This document shows, piece after piece, positions 22,183 through 32,726 of a DNA stretch of 64,000 bases. The DNA comes from an uncultured delta proteobacterium (GTDB lineage: Bacteria; Desulfobacterota; RBG-13-43-22), in contig CAWIRY010000106.1 in the NCBI GenBank assembly GCA_963838485.1, forward strand, positions 8,255 through 72,254. Reading direction: 5' to 3'. Under the pieces are notes generated by a model. The model ran no database searches. It saw nothing but the letters and a program-made list of their open reading frames with translations, and was not told where the DNA came from. Within the stretch, counting starts at the first letter, position 1; each line of letters starts with the position of its first letter. The translations under genes were made by a program, and so were the position numbers.

Positions 22183-24156
22183 ATGGAAGAAAGAAAAATA
22201 GTTTTTAATCCGGATAAAATTGAAGTTTTAGTTCCCCAAGGAGAAAATTTGTTACGGGCGGCCATGCGGGCCGGTATCCATATCAATGCTTCTTGCGGCG
22301 GTGAAGGGGTTTGTGGAAAATGTCGGGTCATTATCGATAAGGGGGAGGTGGATAGTGAAAGGACAGAGAAACTGACCCCGGAAGATTATGCCTTAGGGAT
22401 AAGGCAGGCCTGTAAGACGAAAGTTATCAGTGACTTGGAAGTAACTATCCCTACGGAATCTCAATTGGACAGGAAGGTTTTGGATAGGGTTCAACCCCGG
22501 GCCGGTGCCTGGCAGGTCGTCTCCCAAATTAAAATGGAAGAGTTGATTGTGGACGGAAAAATTTTTCCCCCTTTCGAAAAGAAATACCTGGAGATCAGTC
22601 CCCCGACCTTAACAGATAACATCAGTGATCTTTCCCGGGTAATCAGATCTTTAAAACAAACTTATGGGATACATGGGTTAATTGTTGATTTTTTTCCTAT
22701 TAAAAAATTGGCGGAAGTGTTAAGAAAAGGGGATTGGAGTGTAACGGTAACAATAGGAAATCCTTTGAAAACAGGAGATAAGATTCTACTGATCAATATT
22801 GAACCGGGCGATACGACTCAGCAAAATTATGCCATTGCCATTGACATTGGAACGACGACGGTTTGGGGGCAGTTATTAGATCTCAATAGCGGAAGTATTT
22901 TGGCTCAATATGCAGAATATAATTCTCAAATAAGCTACGGGGAGGACGTCATATCGAGAATCGTCTACAGCCAGAAACCAGGTGGGCAACAAAAAATGAA
23001 AGATCTGATTGTTTCAACCATTAATGGAATCATCAAACAATTAATAAAACAAAATAAAATTCCCCTGGAAAGCATTACCCATATGACCTTGGCTGGCAAT
23101 ACTACAATGACCCACCTGTTTTTAGGGATTGAATCGCGGTACATCAGAGAAACTCCTTATACCCCGCCGATGAATTATATCCCGCCTGTCCGGGCTAAAG
23201 AGATAGGGCTCCAGGTGGAAGAGCATGTGGAGGCCTTCTTATTCCCGTCCATTGCCAGTTATGTGGGGGGGGATGTTATTGCCGGGGTCATGGGCTCAGG
23301 GATGTCCCGTCAAAACAAGCTTACCCTTTATATCGATTTAGGGACAAACGGGGAAATCGTGATTGGGAATTCCGAATGGATGACCTGCGCGGCCTGTTCG
23401 GCCGGTCCGGCCTTCGAAGGAGGTGGTATTAAACATGGGATGAGGGCGACCGAGGGAGCTATAGAAGATTTCAGCGTCAATCCAAAGACCTTCGAACCTA
23501 TGCTCCTGACGATTGGGATGGTCAAACCCAAAGGGATCTGTGGGTCCGGGTTGATCAATATCGTCGCCGGACTGCTTGAGGCCTGTCTTTTAGATCAAAA
23601 CGGAAAATTTAAACATGGGTTGAAGACGGACCGTATTCGAGAGGGCAGTGACGGCCAGGAATATGTTCTGGCCTGGGCCGGTGATACCCAAATCGAAAGA
23701 GATATCGTGATTACCGAGGTGGATATCGATAATTTGATTCGGGCCAAAGGGGCTATGTATGCCGGATATATTACCCTCTTATGTGAAGTAGGATTGACCA
23801 TGGCCGATTTGGAAGAGGTCATCATCGCCGGTGGTTTTGGAAATTATATCAATATAGAAAAATCCATCACTATCGGCCTGTTACCCGAATTACCCTTAGA
23901 GAAATTCAAATTTATAGGCAACGGATCTCTTTTGGGGGCACGTTTGATCTGTTTTTCAAATGTCTTAAGAAGCGAGATAAAAAATATATTTAATAAAATA
24001 ACGAATATTGAATTAAGTGAAAATCATAATTTTATGAATAATTATATTGCCGCCCTTTTTTTGCCCCATACCGACAATAACCTGTTTCCCGGGGTTTTTG
24101 AAAGGATATCCTGTGTCGAAAGATGGGTGAATTATGTAAAGGATGATAAAAAATGA
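22183..24156 (+). CDS. RACo: ATP-dependent reductive activator of the corrinoid iron-sulfur protein ([2Fe-2S] ferredoxin plus ASKHA ATPase)
   Basis: 657 aa with an N-terminal plant-type ferredoxin motif CGGEGVCGKC, a long ASKHA-fold C-terminal region, and position at the head of the acs cluster. Confidence 0.75.
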   Translation: MEERKIVFNPDKIEVLVPQGENLLRAAMRAGIHINASCGGEGVCGKCRVIIDKGEVDSERTEKLTPEDYALGIRQACKTKVISDLEVTIPTESQLDRKVLDRVQPRAGAWQVVSQIKMEELIVDGKIFPPFEKKYLEISPPTLTDNISDLSRVIRSLKQTYGIHGLIVDFFPIKKLAEVLRKGDWSVTVTIGNPLKTGDKILLINIEPGDTTQQNYAIAIDIGTTTVWGQLLDLNSGSILAQYAEYNSQISYGEDVISRIVYSQKPGGQQKMKDLIVSTINGIIKQLIKQNKIPLESITHMTLAGNTTMTHLFLGIESRYIRETPYTPPMNYIPPVRAKEIGLQVEEHVEAFLFPSIASYVGGDVIAGVMGSGMSRQNKLTLYIDLGTNGEIVIGNSEWMTCAACSAGPAFEGGGIKHGMRATEGAIEDFSVNPKTFEPMLLTIGMVKPKGICGSGLINIVAGLLEACLLDQNGKFKHGLKTDRIREGSDGQEYVLAWAGDTQIERDIVITEVDIDNLIRAKGAMYAGYITLLCEVGLTMADLEEVIIAGGFGNYINIEKSITIGLLPELPLEKFKFIGNGSLLGARLICFSNVLRSEIKNIFNKITNIELSENHNFMNNYIAALFLPHTDNNLFPGVFERISCVERWVNYVKDDKK

Positions 24157-24911
24157 GTTATACCATAGCCTTAGCAGGAAAAGGGGGGACCGGTAAGACC
24201 ACTGTGGCCGGCCTTTTGATCCGCTACATGGTAGGAAAAGGCAAAAAACCGGTCTTGGCCGTCGATGCCGACGCAAACGCCAATCTGAATGAAGTCCTGG
24301 GGGTTTCGGCCCGCCAAACCATCGGGGATGCCCGGGAGGAGATGAAGAAGGGTGGTCTCCCTGGTATGACTAAAGACATCTTTATGGAAATGCGGATCCA
24401 AGAGTCCCTGGTGGAGTCCGAAGGATTTGATCTTATTATTATGGGCAGACCGGAAGGGCAGGGGTGCTATTGTGCGGCCAATACCTTACTTTCCCAATTT
24501 ATCGAAAAATTATCCCAGAACTATCCCTATATTGTGGTCGATAACGAGGCCGGCATGGAGCATATCAGCCGCTTGACCACCAGGGAGATCGCTGTCTTGT
24601 TGATTGTTTCCGACAGTTCCCGCCGGGGCATCCAGGCGGCTATTCGCATAGGGGCCTTGACCAAGGAATTGGGGCTGAAAATAAAAAAAAATCTGGTCAT
24701 CATCAATCTGGCCGAACCGAAGGATCTCAAGGAAATAAAGGAGTGGGGGGCCCTATTGCAGGAACAGGGGTTGACTCTTTTGGGGGTTATCCCCAAAGAT
24801 GAACTGATTTATGAGTTCGACAAGGATGGAAGGCCGACCAGTAACCTCCCCGAGCAATCCAAGGCCCGGGCGGCGGCCTTTAAATTATTCGAGGGTTTGT
24901 TTGATAATTAG
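24153..24911 (+). CDS. cooC: CODH/ACS nickel-insertion accessory ATPase (CooC/AcsF, MinD/ParA family)
   Basis: Deviant Walker A motif AGKGGTGKTT. 252 aa. Overlaps the RACo stop by 4 nt. Confidence 0.85.
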   Translation: MSYTIALAGKGGTGKTTVAGLLIRYMVGKGKKPVLAVDADANANLNEVLGVSARQTIGDAREEMKKGGLPGMTKDIFMEMRIQESLVESEGFDLIIMGRPEGQGCYCAANTLLSQFIEKLSQNYPYIVVDNEAGMEHISRLTTREIAVLLIVSDSSRRGIQAAIRIGALTKELGLKIKKNLVIINLAEPKDLKEIKEWGALLQEQGLTLLGVIPKDELIYEFDKDGRPTSNLPEQSKARAAAFKLFEGLFDN

Positions 24912-25186
24912 TTTCCATCCGGAAACGACCCTCTTCCCGATGGATACTAATATGGATACTAAATGACCCGAGGGAATTGTTTTTTCTTGACAAAAGAATT
25001 ATATTCCATTAAGTAAAAAAATTCACATAATTTGACATAATAGTGATATTTCCCTGCCATGCGGCAGGCTTATCTATTGAGAAAGCCAAACCTTCCATTA
25101 GAGAATTCCTGCTGTCTGTTTCGGGGTATCTAACCAACCGGTAAAATTCAGAATTTATTATAATTCAGAAAAAGGAGGGAAAACCA

Positions 25187-26749
25187 TTGGCCTTTGAAAT
25201 TCCTAAAATTTCCTATTCAGGGAAAATAAATGAGGTTGCTATTGGAAAAAAATCCCCTGTTACCGTGGGTGGAGAAACTTCCTATCCCTTTCATTTATTT
25301 GAAGGGCAGATGCCCAATCCTCCCAAAATTGCCATGGAAATCTGGGACATGCAGCCGGATGACTGGCCGGAAACCGCCATGGCCCCCTTTGCCGGCGTCT
25401 TGAGTAATCCGGCGGCCTGGGCCAAAAAGTGCGTGGAAGACTTCGGCGCGGATGCCGTTGTCATTCAACTCAAAAGTACCGACCCCAACGGGTTGGACAA
25501 GGGACCGGAGGAGGCCTCCAAGGTGGTCCAGAAGGTCTTAAAGGCCGTCAAGGTCCCAGTTATCGTCTGGGGGTCCGGCAATGAAAAGAAAGATACCGAA
25601 GTCCTCCGAAAGATCAGCGAAGACTGCCAGGGGGAAAATCTGACCCTGGGTCCGGTGGCCGAAGGAAACCATAAGCAGATCGGGGCCTCGGCCCTTGGGT
25701 ATAATCATACCCTTATCGCCTCCACCCCCATCGATGTCAATCTGGCCAAGCAGTTGAACATCTTGCTGGAAAATTTGGGGGTTCCCAAGGAAAAAATTAT
25801 CATCGATCCGACCACCGGCGGTCTCGGCTACGGTCTGGAATACTCTTATTCGGTGATGGAGCGGATCCGCATGGCTGCCTTGGCCCAGGAAGACGAAAAG
25901 CTCCAATATCCGATGATCAACAATGTGGGCAATGAAGTTTGGAAGTCTAAGGAGGCCAAGCTGACCGCCGAGGAAGCCCCCACTTTGGGGGATGCTGAGA
26001 AACGGGGGTTCCTTATGGAGGCCGTGGCCGCCGTATCCTATCTCCTGGCCGGCTCGGATATATTGATTCTTAGACACCCCGATACCGTCAAGCTGGTGAA
26101 AAAATTAATGGATCAAATGATAACCGGAAATTCGGATATCAGCCCGGCGGAAATGGCGGCCAAACTGAAGGCCTTGAATGTCAAGCCGGCCGGGGATTTT
26201 CCGAAGATAGTCAAGACCAAAATCGCGGCTGCCGAGCCGGCCAAAGAAGAAAAGAAAGCGGCTCCAGCCAAGGCCAAAGAGGCGGCTCCGAAAGCCGCCG
26301 CGGCTAAACCGGCCCCGGCCCCCAAGGCCGAAGCAGCAGCAGCGCCTAAGGCAGCGGCCCCCAAGGTAGAAGAACCACCCAAGGTGACGGCCGAAGAAGA
26401 GGCAAAAATAAAAGCCGAAGCTGAGGCCAGGGTCAAAGCCGAGGCAGCGGCCAAGGCCAAGGCCGAGGAAGAAGCCAAGGCCCGGGCGGAAGTGGAAGCC
26501 AAGGCTAAAGCCGAAAGTGAGGCCAAGGCCAAATTGGAAGCGGAAAAACAGGCCAAAGATGAGGCCAAAACCAAGGCCAAGGCCGAGGAAGAGGCCTTGA
26601 TCGCGGCCAGGGTGGCGGAAAAAATCAAACGAGAGGCTGAAAAAGGGGTTTGTGTCACCGGACCGAAGGAAATGAAGGCCGCGGAGGTCCAGCTTTCTCC
26701 GGTGGACAAACTGCTGGCCCAAATCAATCGCGTCAATAAAAGAACCTAA
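25187..26749 (+). CDS. acsD: Corrinoid iron-sulfur protein small subunit (AcsD/CdhD) with a roughly 190-aa Ala/Lys/Glu/Pro-rich C-terminal extension
   Basis: The first 330 aa match the AcsD/CdhD TIM-barrel. From about 26.19 kb onward the sequence is low-complexity KAKAEEEAKA-type imperfect repeats. Confidence 0.8.
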   Translation: MAFEIPKISYSGKINEVAIGKKSPVTVGGETSYPFHLFEGQMPNPPKIAMEIWDMQPDDWPETAMAPFAGVLSNPAAWAKKCVEDFGADAVVIQLKSTDPNGLDKGPEEASKVVQKVLKAVKVPVIVWGSGNEKKDTEVLRKISEDCQGENLTLGPVAEGNHKQIGASALGYNHTLIASTPIDVNLAKQLNILLENLGVPKEKIIIDPTTGGLGYGLEYSYSVMERIRMAALAQEDEKLQYPMINNVGNEVWKSKEAKLTAEEAPTLGDAEKRGFLMEAVAAVSYLLAGSDILILRHPDTVKLVKKLMDQMITGNSDISPAEMAAKLKALNVKPAGDFPKIVKTKIAAAEPAKEEKKAAPAKAKEAAPKAAAAKPAPAPKAEAAAAPKAAAPKVEEPPKVTAEEEAKIKAEAEARVKAEAAAKAKAEEEAKARAEVEAKAKAESEAKAKLEAEKQAKDEAKTKAKAEEEALIAARVAEKIKREAEKGVCVTGPKEMKAAEVQLSPVDKLLAQINRVNKRT

Positions 26750-26813
26750 CTTTTTAGGTATAAAAGCTCAAAAGATAGTCCTATGAGACCGTCTGAGTAA
26801 GGAGGAACATAAT

Positions 26814-28850
26814 ATGGCATCAGAAGAAGCCACTTTGAAGGTTGTTGAAAAAGAAAAGAAAAAGATCAAATCCGAAGACAAGAGTGTTGATACGGCTACC
26901 ATCCAGATGCTCCATAAAGCCCAGCAGGATGGGGTGGAAACAATCTTTGACCGGGCCGAAACCATGAAACCCTGTAACATCGGCATTCAGGGCACCTGCT
27001 GTAAAATGTGCGCCCAGGGTCCCTGCCGCCTTCCTTTGACCAAGAAGGACATGGAAGGAAAAGACACCCGGATGGGACTCTGCGGGGCCACCCCGGAGAC
27101 CATTGCCGCCCGTAACTTTGTCCGCATGATCGCCGGCGGGGCCGCTGCCCACTCCGACCACGGCCGGGGAGTAGCCGAGGTATTTCTGGCGGCAGCACGG
27201 AAACAAACCCATGATTATGCCATTAAGGATGAGAATAAATTAAAAGAAGTCGCCAGGGACTTTGATGTTGCCACAACCGTTTGTGTGGATGGCGAAGATA
27301 AAGATCGGGATATCTATGATATCGCCGCCGAAGTCGGCGAAAAGGCCCTGGCGGAGTGGGGCAAACAGGAAGGCGAAATTTATTATGCCAAACGGGCCCC
27401 CAAAGCCCGTTATGATCTCTGGAAAAAATTGGATGTCATCCCCCGAGGGATAGACCGGGAGATTGTGGAGATCATGCACCGGACTCACATGGGTGTGGAT
27501 CAGGACTATGAAAACCTGATGAAACAGGGTACCCGGGCGGCCCTGGCCGACGGCTGGGGAGGGTCCATGATCGCCACGGACCTGCAGGATATCCTCTTCG
27601 GGACTCCTTATCCTATCCAGGGGGAAATCAACCTGGGGGTCTTGAAGAAAGACCAAGTCAATATCATTGTCCACGGTCATGAACCCCTGCTTTCCGAGAT
27701 GATCGTTGTGGCCGCTCAAGACCCGGAAATGCTCCAGTATGCGGCCACCAAAGGGGCCAAGGGGATTGTTCTGGCCGGTATGTGCTGTACGGCCAACGAG
27801 ATCCTGATGCGACACGGCATGCCCATAGCCGGGAATTATCTGCAGCAGGAATTGGCCATTATCACCGGGGCCGTTGATGCCATGGTGGTCGATGTCCAAT
27901 GCATTATGGAAAACATTGCCAATGTGGCCACCTGCTATCATACCAAAATTATTACCACCAACACCCGGGCCAAGATGAAATCCGGTGATACGATACATAT
28001 CCAGTTTGATGAACATCACGCCCTCGAGGACGCCAAACGGATCGTCAAGACCGCGGTGGATAACTTCCCCAACCGAAGAGCCGAGGTGCTGATCCCCAAG
28101 GCAAAGGAAAAGATGGTCGTCGGTTTCAGCTATGAGGCCATCAACTACCATCTGGGCGGGACCTTCCGGGGCTCCTATACCCCCTTAAACGACAATATCA
28201 TCAACGGCCGTATCCGCGGGATCGGCGGGGTGGTGGGTTGTAATAATGCCCGCTGCATGCATGACAGCGCCCACCTGATCGTCGTCAAAGAGCTTTTGAA
28301 AAACGACGTCATCGTCCTGACCACCGGCTGTAATGCCATGGCCTGCGGCAAGGCCGGTTTGCTCACCCCGGAATCCGCCAAGGTCTATTGCGGCCCCGGA
28401 TTGGCCGAAGTCTGCGAGACCGTCGGTATCCCGCCGGTCCTGCACATGGGCTCCTGCGTGGACAACAGCCGGATCCTCATGGCCGCCACCGAAGTGGTCA
28501 AGGCCGGAGGGCTGGGCAATGACATCAGCGATCTTCCGGCGGCCGGATGCGCCCCGGAATGGATGAGTGAGAAGGCCATTTCCATCGGGCAATACTTTGT
28601 AGCTTCCGGAGTCTATACGGTCTTTGGGGTCAATCTGCCTGTTGAAGGTGCCCCGGTCTTCAAAGACTATTTATTCAGCGGGATGGAAAATGTCTTAGGC
28701 GGTAAATGGGACCTGATTGAGGACCCCTATGAAATGGCCCGCAGGATGATCGCTCACATCGATGCCAAACGCAAGGCCCTGGGAATCGACAAGGCCCGGG
28801 AACGGGTGCTCATGGATATGGCCGACCGGCAGAAGCTGGAGGCCGTTTAA
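26814..28850 (+). CDS. acsA: Ni-Fe carbon monoxide dehydrogenase catalytic subunit (AcsA/CooS)
   Basis: 678 aa with N-terminal Cys clusters (CNIGIQGTCCKMCAQGPC) and C-cluster ligand motifs. Size matches bacterial AcsA. Confidence 0.9.
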   Translation: MASEEATLKVVEKEKKKIKSEDKSVDTATIQMLHKAQQDGVETIFDRAETMKPCNIGIQGTCCKMCAQGPCRLPLTKKDMEGKDTRMGLCGATPETIAARNFVRMIAGGAAAHSDHGRGVAEVFLAAARKQTHDYAIKDENKLKEVARDFDVATTVCVDGEDKDRDIYDIAAEVGEKALAEWGKQEGEIYYAKRAPKARYDLWKKLDVIPRGIDREIVEIMHRTHMGVDQDYENLMKQGTRAALADGWGGSMIATDLQDILFGTPYPIQGEINLGVLKKDQVNIIVHGHEPLLSEMIVVAAQDPEMLQYAATKGAKGIVLAGMCCTANEILMRHGMPIAGNYLQQELAIITGAVDAMVVDVQCIMENIANVATCYHTKIITTNTRAKMKSGDTIHIQFDEHHALEDAKRIVKTAVDNFPNRRAEVLIPKAKEKMVVGFSYEAINYHLGGTFRGSYTPLNDNIINGRIRGIGGVVGCNNARCMHDSAHLIVVKELLKNDVIVLTTGCNAMACGKAGLLTPESAKVYCGPGLAEVCETVGIPPVLHMGSCVDNSRILMAATEVVKAGGLGNDISDLPAAGCAPEWMSEKAISIGQYFVASGVYTVFGVNLPVEGAPVFKDYLFSGMENVLGGKWDLIEDPYEMARRMIAHIDAKRKALGIDKARERVLMDMADRQKLEAV

Positions 28851-28870
28851 TACCAGGAATCATGAAAATA

Positions 28871-28942
28871 GGATTCAAGGGGCCGAGGGGTCCAGGATTC
28901 AAGTGAAAGACTGGAATTTGAAGCCCTTGAACCCTCGAACCC
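28871..28942. repeat. REP-like palindromic element in the acsA-acsB spacer, paralogous to 18013-18094
   Basis: ggattcaaggggccgaggggtccaggattcaagtgaaagac...cccttgaaccctcgaaccc. Shares GGGGTCCAG...TGAAAGAC and CCCTTGAAyCC with the gyr spacer element. Confidence 0.55.
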
Positions 28943-28986
28943 TGTTTTCAAACTAATGACCTCTTAAGAAAGGAGGAACGTGTTTC

Positions 28987-31200
28987 ATGTCTAAATTAGT
29001 TGCTTTTGCCGCCATTCAGGGCGCATACAATATCGTTTCCAAGGCGGAGGGTACCTTGAAAAAGGCCCTGGACAAATACGGGCCTGATCAGAAGGTTGAG
29101 TTTCCCAACACCGCCTATTATCTGCCCATTATCTATTCCATCCTGGGGATCCCGGTTAAAACCCTGGGAGAGGCCAAGAAACCCCTGGAGGTGGCCAGAA
29201 AACTCCTGCCGGCCCATGTAAAGAATATGTATAATTTGCCATACTTGGGTCCCCTATTGGATGCCGGTATGGCTTCCCTTTTTGCCGAAGAGGTGGCCGA
29301 AGCCATTCGCTACTTAGAAGATCCCAATTTTTACTTGGTCAGTGAAGACATTGACGAGGCCTCGGGCAAGATCTGGCTGGGGGCGGCCGAGGATACGGTC
29401 TTCCGGAAAAGGGGTGTGGAGTTTGTGGACGGCACGGCCCCGGGTTTTGCGGCCATTGTCGGCGCCGCCCCGGACCCGGAAACGGCCAAATGGATCGCCG
29501 AGGAATACCAGAAAAAGAACCTCTATGTTTTTATGTGCGCCAATCAGAACGGCACCACTTTTTCAGAGCAGCTTTTGGAGGCCGGGGTGCAGATAGGCTG
29601 GAATACCCGCCTGGTGCCCTTCGGACCGGACATCTCCGCCGCGGTCTTTGCCCTGGGTTTTGCCAACCGGGCGGCCATGGCCTTCGGCGGGATCAAACCC
29701 GGCGATTATAAAAAGATGTTGCTCTATAATAAGGACCGGATCTTTGCCTTTGTCAATGCCCTGGGCGATGTCAACGCCGAGTGGGCGGCCAATGCCGCCG
29801 GCTGCGTCAACTGGGGCTTCCCGACCATCGCCGATACGGACATCCCGGAGATTTTACCCACCGGCGTCTGCACCTATGAGCACGTGGTGGCCAATGTGAA
29901 TCACCATGATATGCCCCAGAAGTCCATCGAAATCCGGGGCCTCAAGGTCACCGTGGCCAATGTGGCTATTCCGTTGGCCTACGGACCGGCCTTCGAGGGA
30001 GAGCGGGTCCGCAAGGAAGACCTTTATCTGGAGATGGGCGGCGGCAAGACCCAGGCCACCGAGCTGGTCCAGATGGCTGATATGAATGCCATAGAAGACG
30101 GAAAGGTGATCGTTGAGGGCCCGGATGTGGGTGATGTCAAAAAAGGAGATCGCCTCCCTCTGGGGATCCTGGTCCAGGTGGCCGGCCGCCAATTCCAGGA
30201 AGATTTTGAACCCATTTTAGAGCGGCAGATCCACCACCTGATCAACTATGCCCAGGGCGTCATGCACATCGGACAAAGGGACATTGCCTGGATCCGCGTA
30301 GGCGAGCCGGCTATTCAAAAGGGTTTTACCTTGAAGGACATCGGGGTCATCCTCCATGCCAAGTTCCATCAGGATTTCGGGGCCATCTTAGATAAGGTCC
30401 AGGTCACCCTGTATACCAAGAAGGAAGACGTGGACAAGCTGACCAAAAAGGCCCGGGCCATTTATCGCACCCGGGACGAACGGGTGGAGAAGATGACCGA
30501 CGAGAGCGTGGAAACCTATTACTCCTGCACCTTATGTCAGTCCTTCGCCCCCAACCATGTCTGCATGGTCAGCCCGGAGCGGACCGGTCTCTGCGGGGCC
30601 TATAACTGGATGGACTGCAAGGCCTCTTTTGAGATTAATCCTACCGGACCCAATCAGCCGGTTTTAAAAGGGGAGTGTCTGGATCCCAAGCTGGGTCAAT
30701 GGAAAGGGGTCAATGATTTCGTCTATAAGGCCTCCCGTCAAAAGGTGGAAGGCTATAACTTCTACAGCCTGGTCTATGATCCCATGACCACCTGCGGCTG
30801 CTGCGAATGTATCGCCGCGGTTCTGCCGACCTGTAATGGGGTCATGACCGTCAACCGGGATTATACCGGAATGACACCCTCGGGAATGAAGTTCACCACC
30901 CTGGCCGGGGTCATGGGCGGCGGGGCTTCTTCGCCCGGTTTTGTCGGTCACAGCAAGTACAACATCACCCAGAGGAAATTCATCGTCGGTGACGGCGGTT
31001 TGTTGCGCATGGTCTGGATGCCCAAGCAGCTCAAGGAAGAACTCCGTGAACGGTTGATTAAACGTGGGGAAGAGATGGGTTACCCCAACCTGATCGACAT
31101 GATTGCTGACGAAACCGTAGGCATGTCCGAAGACGAGATCCTGCCCTGGCTCCAGGAAAAAGGCCACCCGGCCGTTTCCATGGAATCCATCGTAGGCTAA
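28987..31200 (+). CDS. acsB: Acetyl-CoA synthase (AcsB, A-cluster subunit)
   Basis: 737 aa; size and Cys-Gly-Cys A-cluster region (TTCGCCEC) match AcsB; follows acsA. Confidence 0.9.
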   Translation: MSKLVAFAAIQGAYNIVSKAEGTLKKALDKYGPDQKVEFPNTAYYLPIIYSILGIPVKTLGEAKKPLEVARKLLPAHVKNMYNLPYLGPLLDAGMASLFAEEVAEAIRYLEDPNFYLVSEDIDEASGKIWLGAAEDTVFRKRGVEFVDGTAPGFAAIVGAAPDPETAKWIAEEYQKKNLYVFMCANQNGTTFSEQLLEAGVQIGWNTRLVPFGPDISAAVFALGFANRAAMAFGGIKPGDYKKMLLYNKDRIFAFVNALGDVNAEWAANAAGCVNWGFPTIADTDIPEILPTGVCTYEHVVANVNHHDMPQKSIEIRGLKVTVANVAIPLAYGPAFEGERVRKEDLYLEMGGGKTQATELVQMADMNAIEDGKVIVEGPDVGDVKKGDRLPLGILVQVAGRQFQEDFEPILERQIHHLINYAQGVMHIGQRDIAWIRVGEPAIQKGFTLKDIGVILHAKFHQDFGAILDKVQVTLYTKKEDVDKLTKKARAIYRTRDERVEKMTDESVETYYSCTLCQSFAPNHVCMVSPERTGLCGAYNWMDCKASFEINPTGPNQPVLKGECLDPKLGQWKGVNDFVYKASRQKVEGYNFYSLVYDPMTTCGCCECIAAVLPTCNGVMTVNRDYTGMTPSGMKFTTLAGVMGGGASSPGFVGHSKYNITQRKFIVGDGGLLRMVWMPKQLKEELRERLIKRGEEMGYPNLIDMIADETVGMSEDEILPWLQEKGHPAVSMESIVG

Positions 31201-31304
31201 ATAAAAACAGCGAACAGCGGTCAGCCTTCGGCTCCCTGCTTGGACTTTTTATAAAGTCTAAGCTGAGTGCTAAGAGCTGACTGCTGAATACTTTATATAA
31301 GGAG

Positions 31305-32654
31305 ATGAGCATGGGATTAACAGGGATTCAGATTTTCAAGCTGCTGCCAAAAACCAACTGCGGGGACTGCGGGGTGCCGACCTGTTTGGCCTTTGCCATG
31401 AATTTAGCCTCTGGAAAGGCGGAATTGGCCTCCTGCCCCTATGTTTCTGAAGAAGCCAAGGCCCAGTTGGCCGAGGCCTCGGCCCCGCCCATTCGGCCTC
31501 TGACTATCGGCGCCGGCGATCATCAGGTCAAGACAGGCGGAGAGACGGTCCTTTTCCGCCATGAAAAAACCTTCTTTAACCCTACCGGATTAGGCGCCCT
31601 GGTGACCAGCGACATGGGGGAAGATGTTATTTCGGCCAAACTCAGAAAATGGGACACCTATCAATATGAGCGGGTAGGCCTGACCTTGAGACCCGAGCTG
31701 GTAGCCATAAAAGATACGAACGGCGATGCCGGCAAGTTCAAAAAAACCGTGCAACAGGTTTTTGAAACCAGCAATTTCAGCCTCATCCTGATGAGTGAGA
31801 AGCCCGAAGTCCTAAAAGAGGGCCTTTCGGCCTGTCCGGGCGGAAAGCCCCTACTCTATGCAGCTACCAAGGACAACTGGGAGGCCATGGCTGAAATGGC
31901 CAAAAAGGCCAACTGCCCCCTGGCAGTCAAAGGAGATGGTTTAGGGGGATTGATTGACCCGACCGATAAGTTGACCAAGGCCGGGTTGAAGGATCTGATT
32001 TTGGATTCCGGGGCCAGGGCAATCAAACAGGTCTTTGAAGACCAGGTGGCTATCCGCCGGGCGGCCCTTTCGGGAAAAGAAAAGGGCTTAGGCTTCCCCA
32101 CCATCTGCCTGCCCTTTGAGATGGCCAAAGACCTGGAGACGGAGACCCTGATGGGGGCCGTGATGGTCGCCAAATACGGGGGATTGGTCGTTTTTTCCGA
32201 CTTTGAAGGCCATTCCATCTTTCCCCTGCTTTTGGAACGGTTGAATATCTTTACCGATCCGCAGCGGCCCATGACCGTCACCCAGGGGATCTATGAGATC
32301 AACGGGCCGGATGAAAACTCACCGGTCTTAGTCACCTCCAATTTCTCTCTGACCTATTTTATTGTTTCCGGCGAAATCGAAAGCAGCCGGATTCCCAGTT
32401 GGCTTGCTATCATGGATACCGAAGGCTTGTCGGTCATGACCGCCTGGGCGGCCGGTAAATTCGTTGGAGATGCCGTGGGGATTTTTATCAAAAAAAGCGG
32501 AATCGCCGACAAGGTCAAGCACCGCAATCTGATCATCCCGGGATATGCGGCCTCTATTGCCGGAGATTTGGAGGAGGAATTGCCGGGCTGGACGATTATG
32601 GTCGGCCCCAGAGAAGCGGCCCATATTCCCAAATTCCTCCGGGAACTCAAATAA
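31305..32654 (+). CDS. acsC: Corrinoid iron-sulfur protein large subunit (AcsC/CdhE)
   Basis: 449 aa with an N-terminal [4Fe-4S] motif CGDCGVPTC and B12-binding TIM barrel. Confidence 0.9.
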   Translation: MSMGLTGIQIFKLLPKTNCGDCGVPTCLAFAMNLASGKAELASCPYVSEEAKAQLAEASAPPIRPLTIGAGDHQVKTGGETVLFRHEKTFFNPTGLGALVTSDMGEDVISAKLRKWDTYQYERVGLTLRPELVAIKDTNGDAGKFKKTVQQVFETSNFSLILMSEKPEVLKEGLSACPGGKPLLYAATKDNWEAMAEMAKKANCPLAVKGDGLGGLIDPTDKLTKAGLKDLILDSGARAIKQVFEDQVAIRRAALSGKEKGLGFPTICLPFEMAKDLETETLMGAVMVAKYGGLVVFSDFEGHSIFPLLLERLNIFTDPQRPMTVTQGIYEINGPDENSPVLVTSNFSLTYFIVSGEIESSRIPSWLAIMDTEGLSVMTAWAAGKFVGDAVGIFIKKSGIADKVKHRNLIIPGYAASIAGDLEEELPGWTIMVGPREAAHIPKFLRELK

Positions 32655-32726
32655 GAAGGCCCAAGGCTCAAGGGGAAAACCCCGGAGTTTCGAGTTTTCA
32701 ACTTTCAGAGAAAAAAGGAGAAAGAC

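Noticed and set aside
24912-25186. Possible sigma-70 promoter(s) (two TTGACA hexamers) and GGATACTAA direct repeat between cooC and acsD
   Set aside because: Spacing to any TATA-like -10 element is wrong (7-9 nt). Cannot be supported without transcript data.
26105-26736. Two 205-207-aa minus-strand ORFs rich in Gly/Leu/Phe or Ala/Ser
   Set aside because: They are antisense translations of the repetitive Ala/Lys/Glu tail of acsD, not genes.
29342-30245. Arg/Pro-rich alternative-frame ORFs inside acsB
   Set aside because: Embedded in a confidently identified acetyl-CoA synthase gene. Compositional artefacts of high GC.
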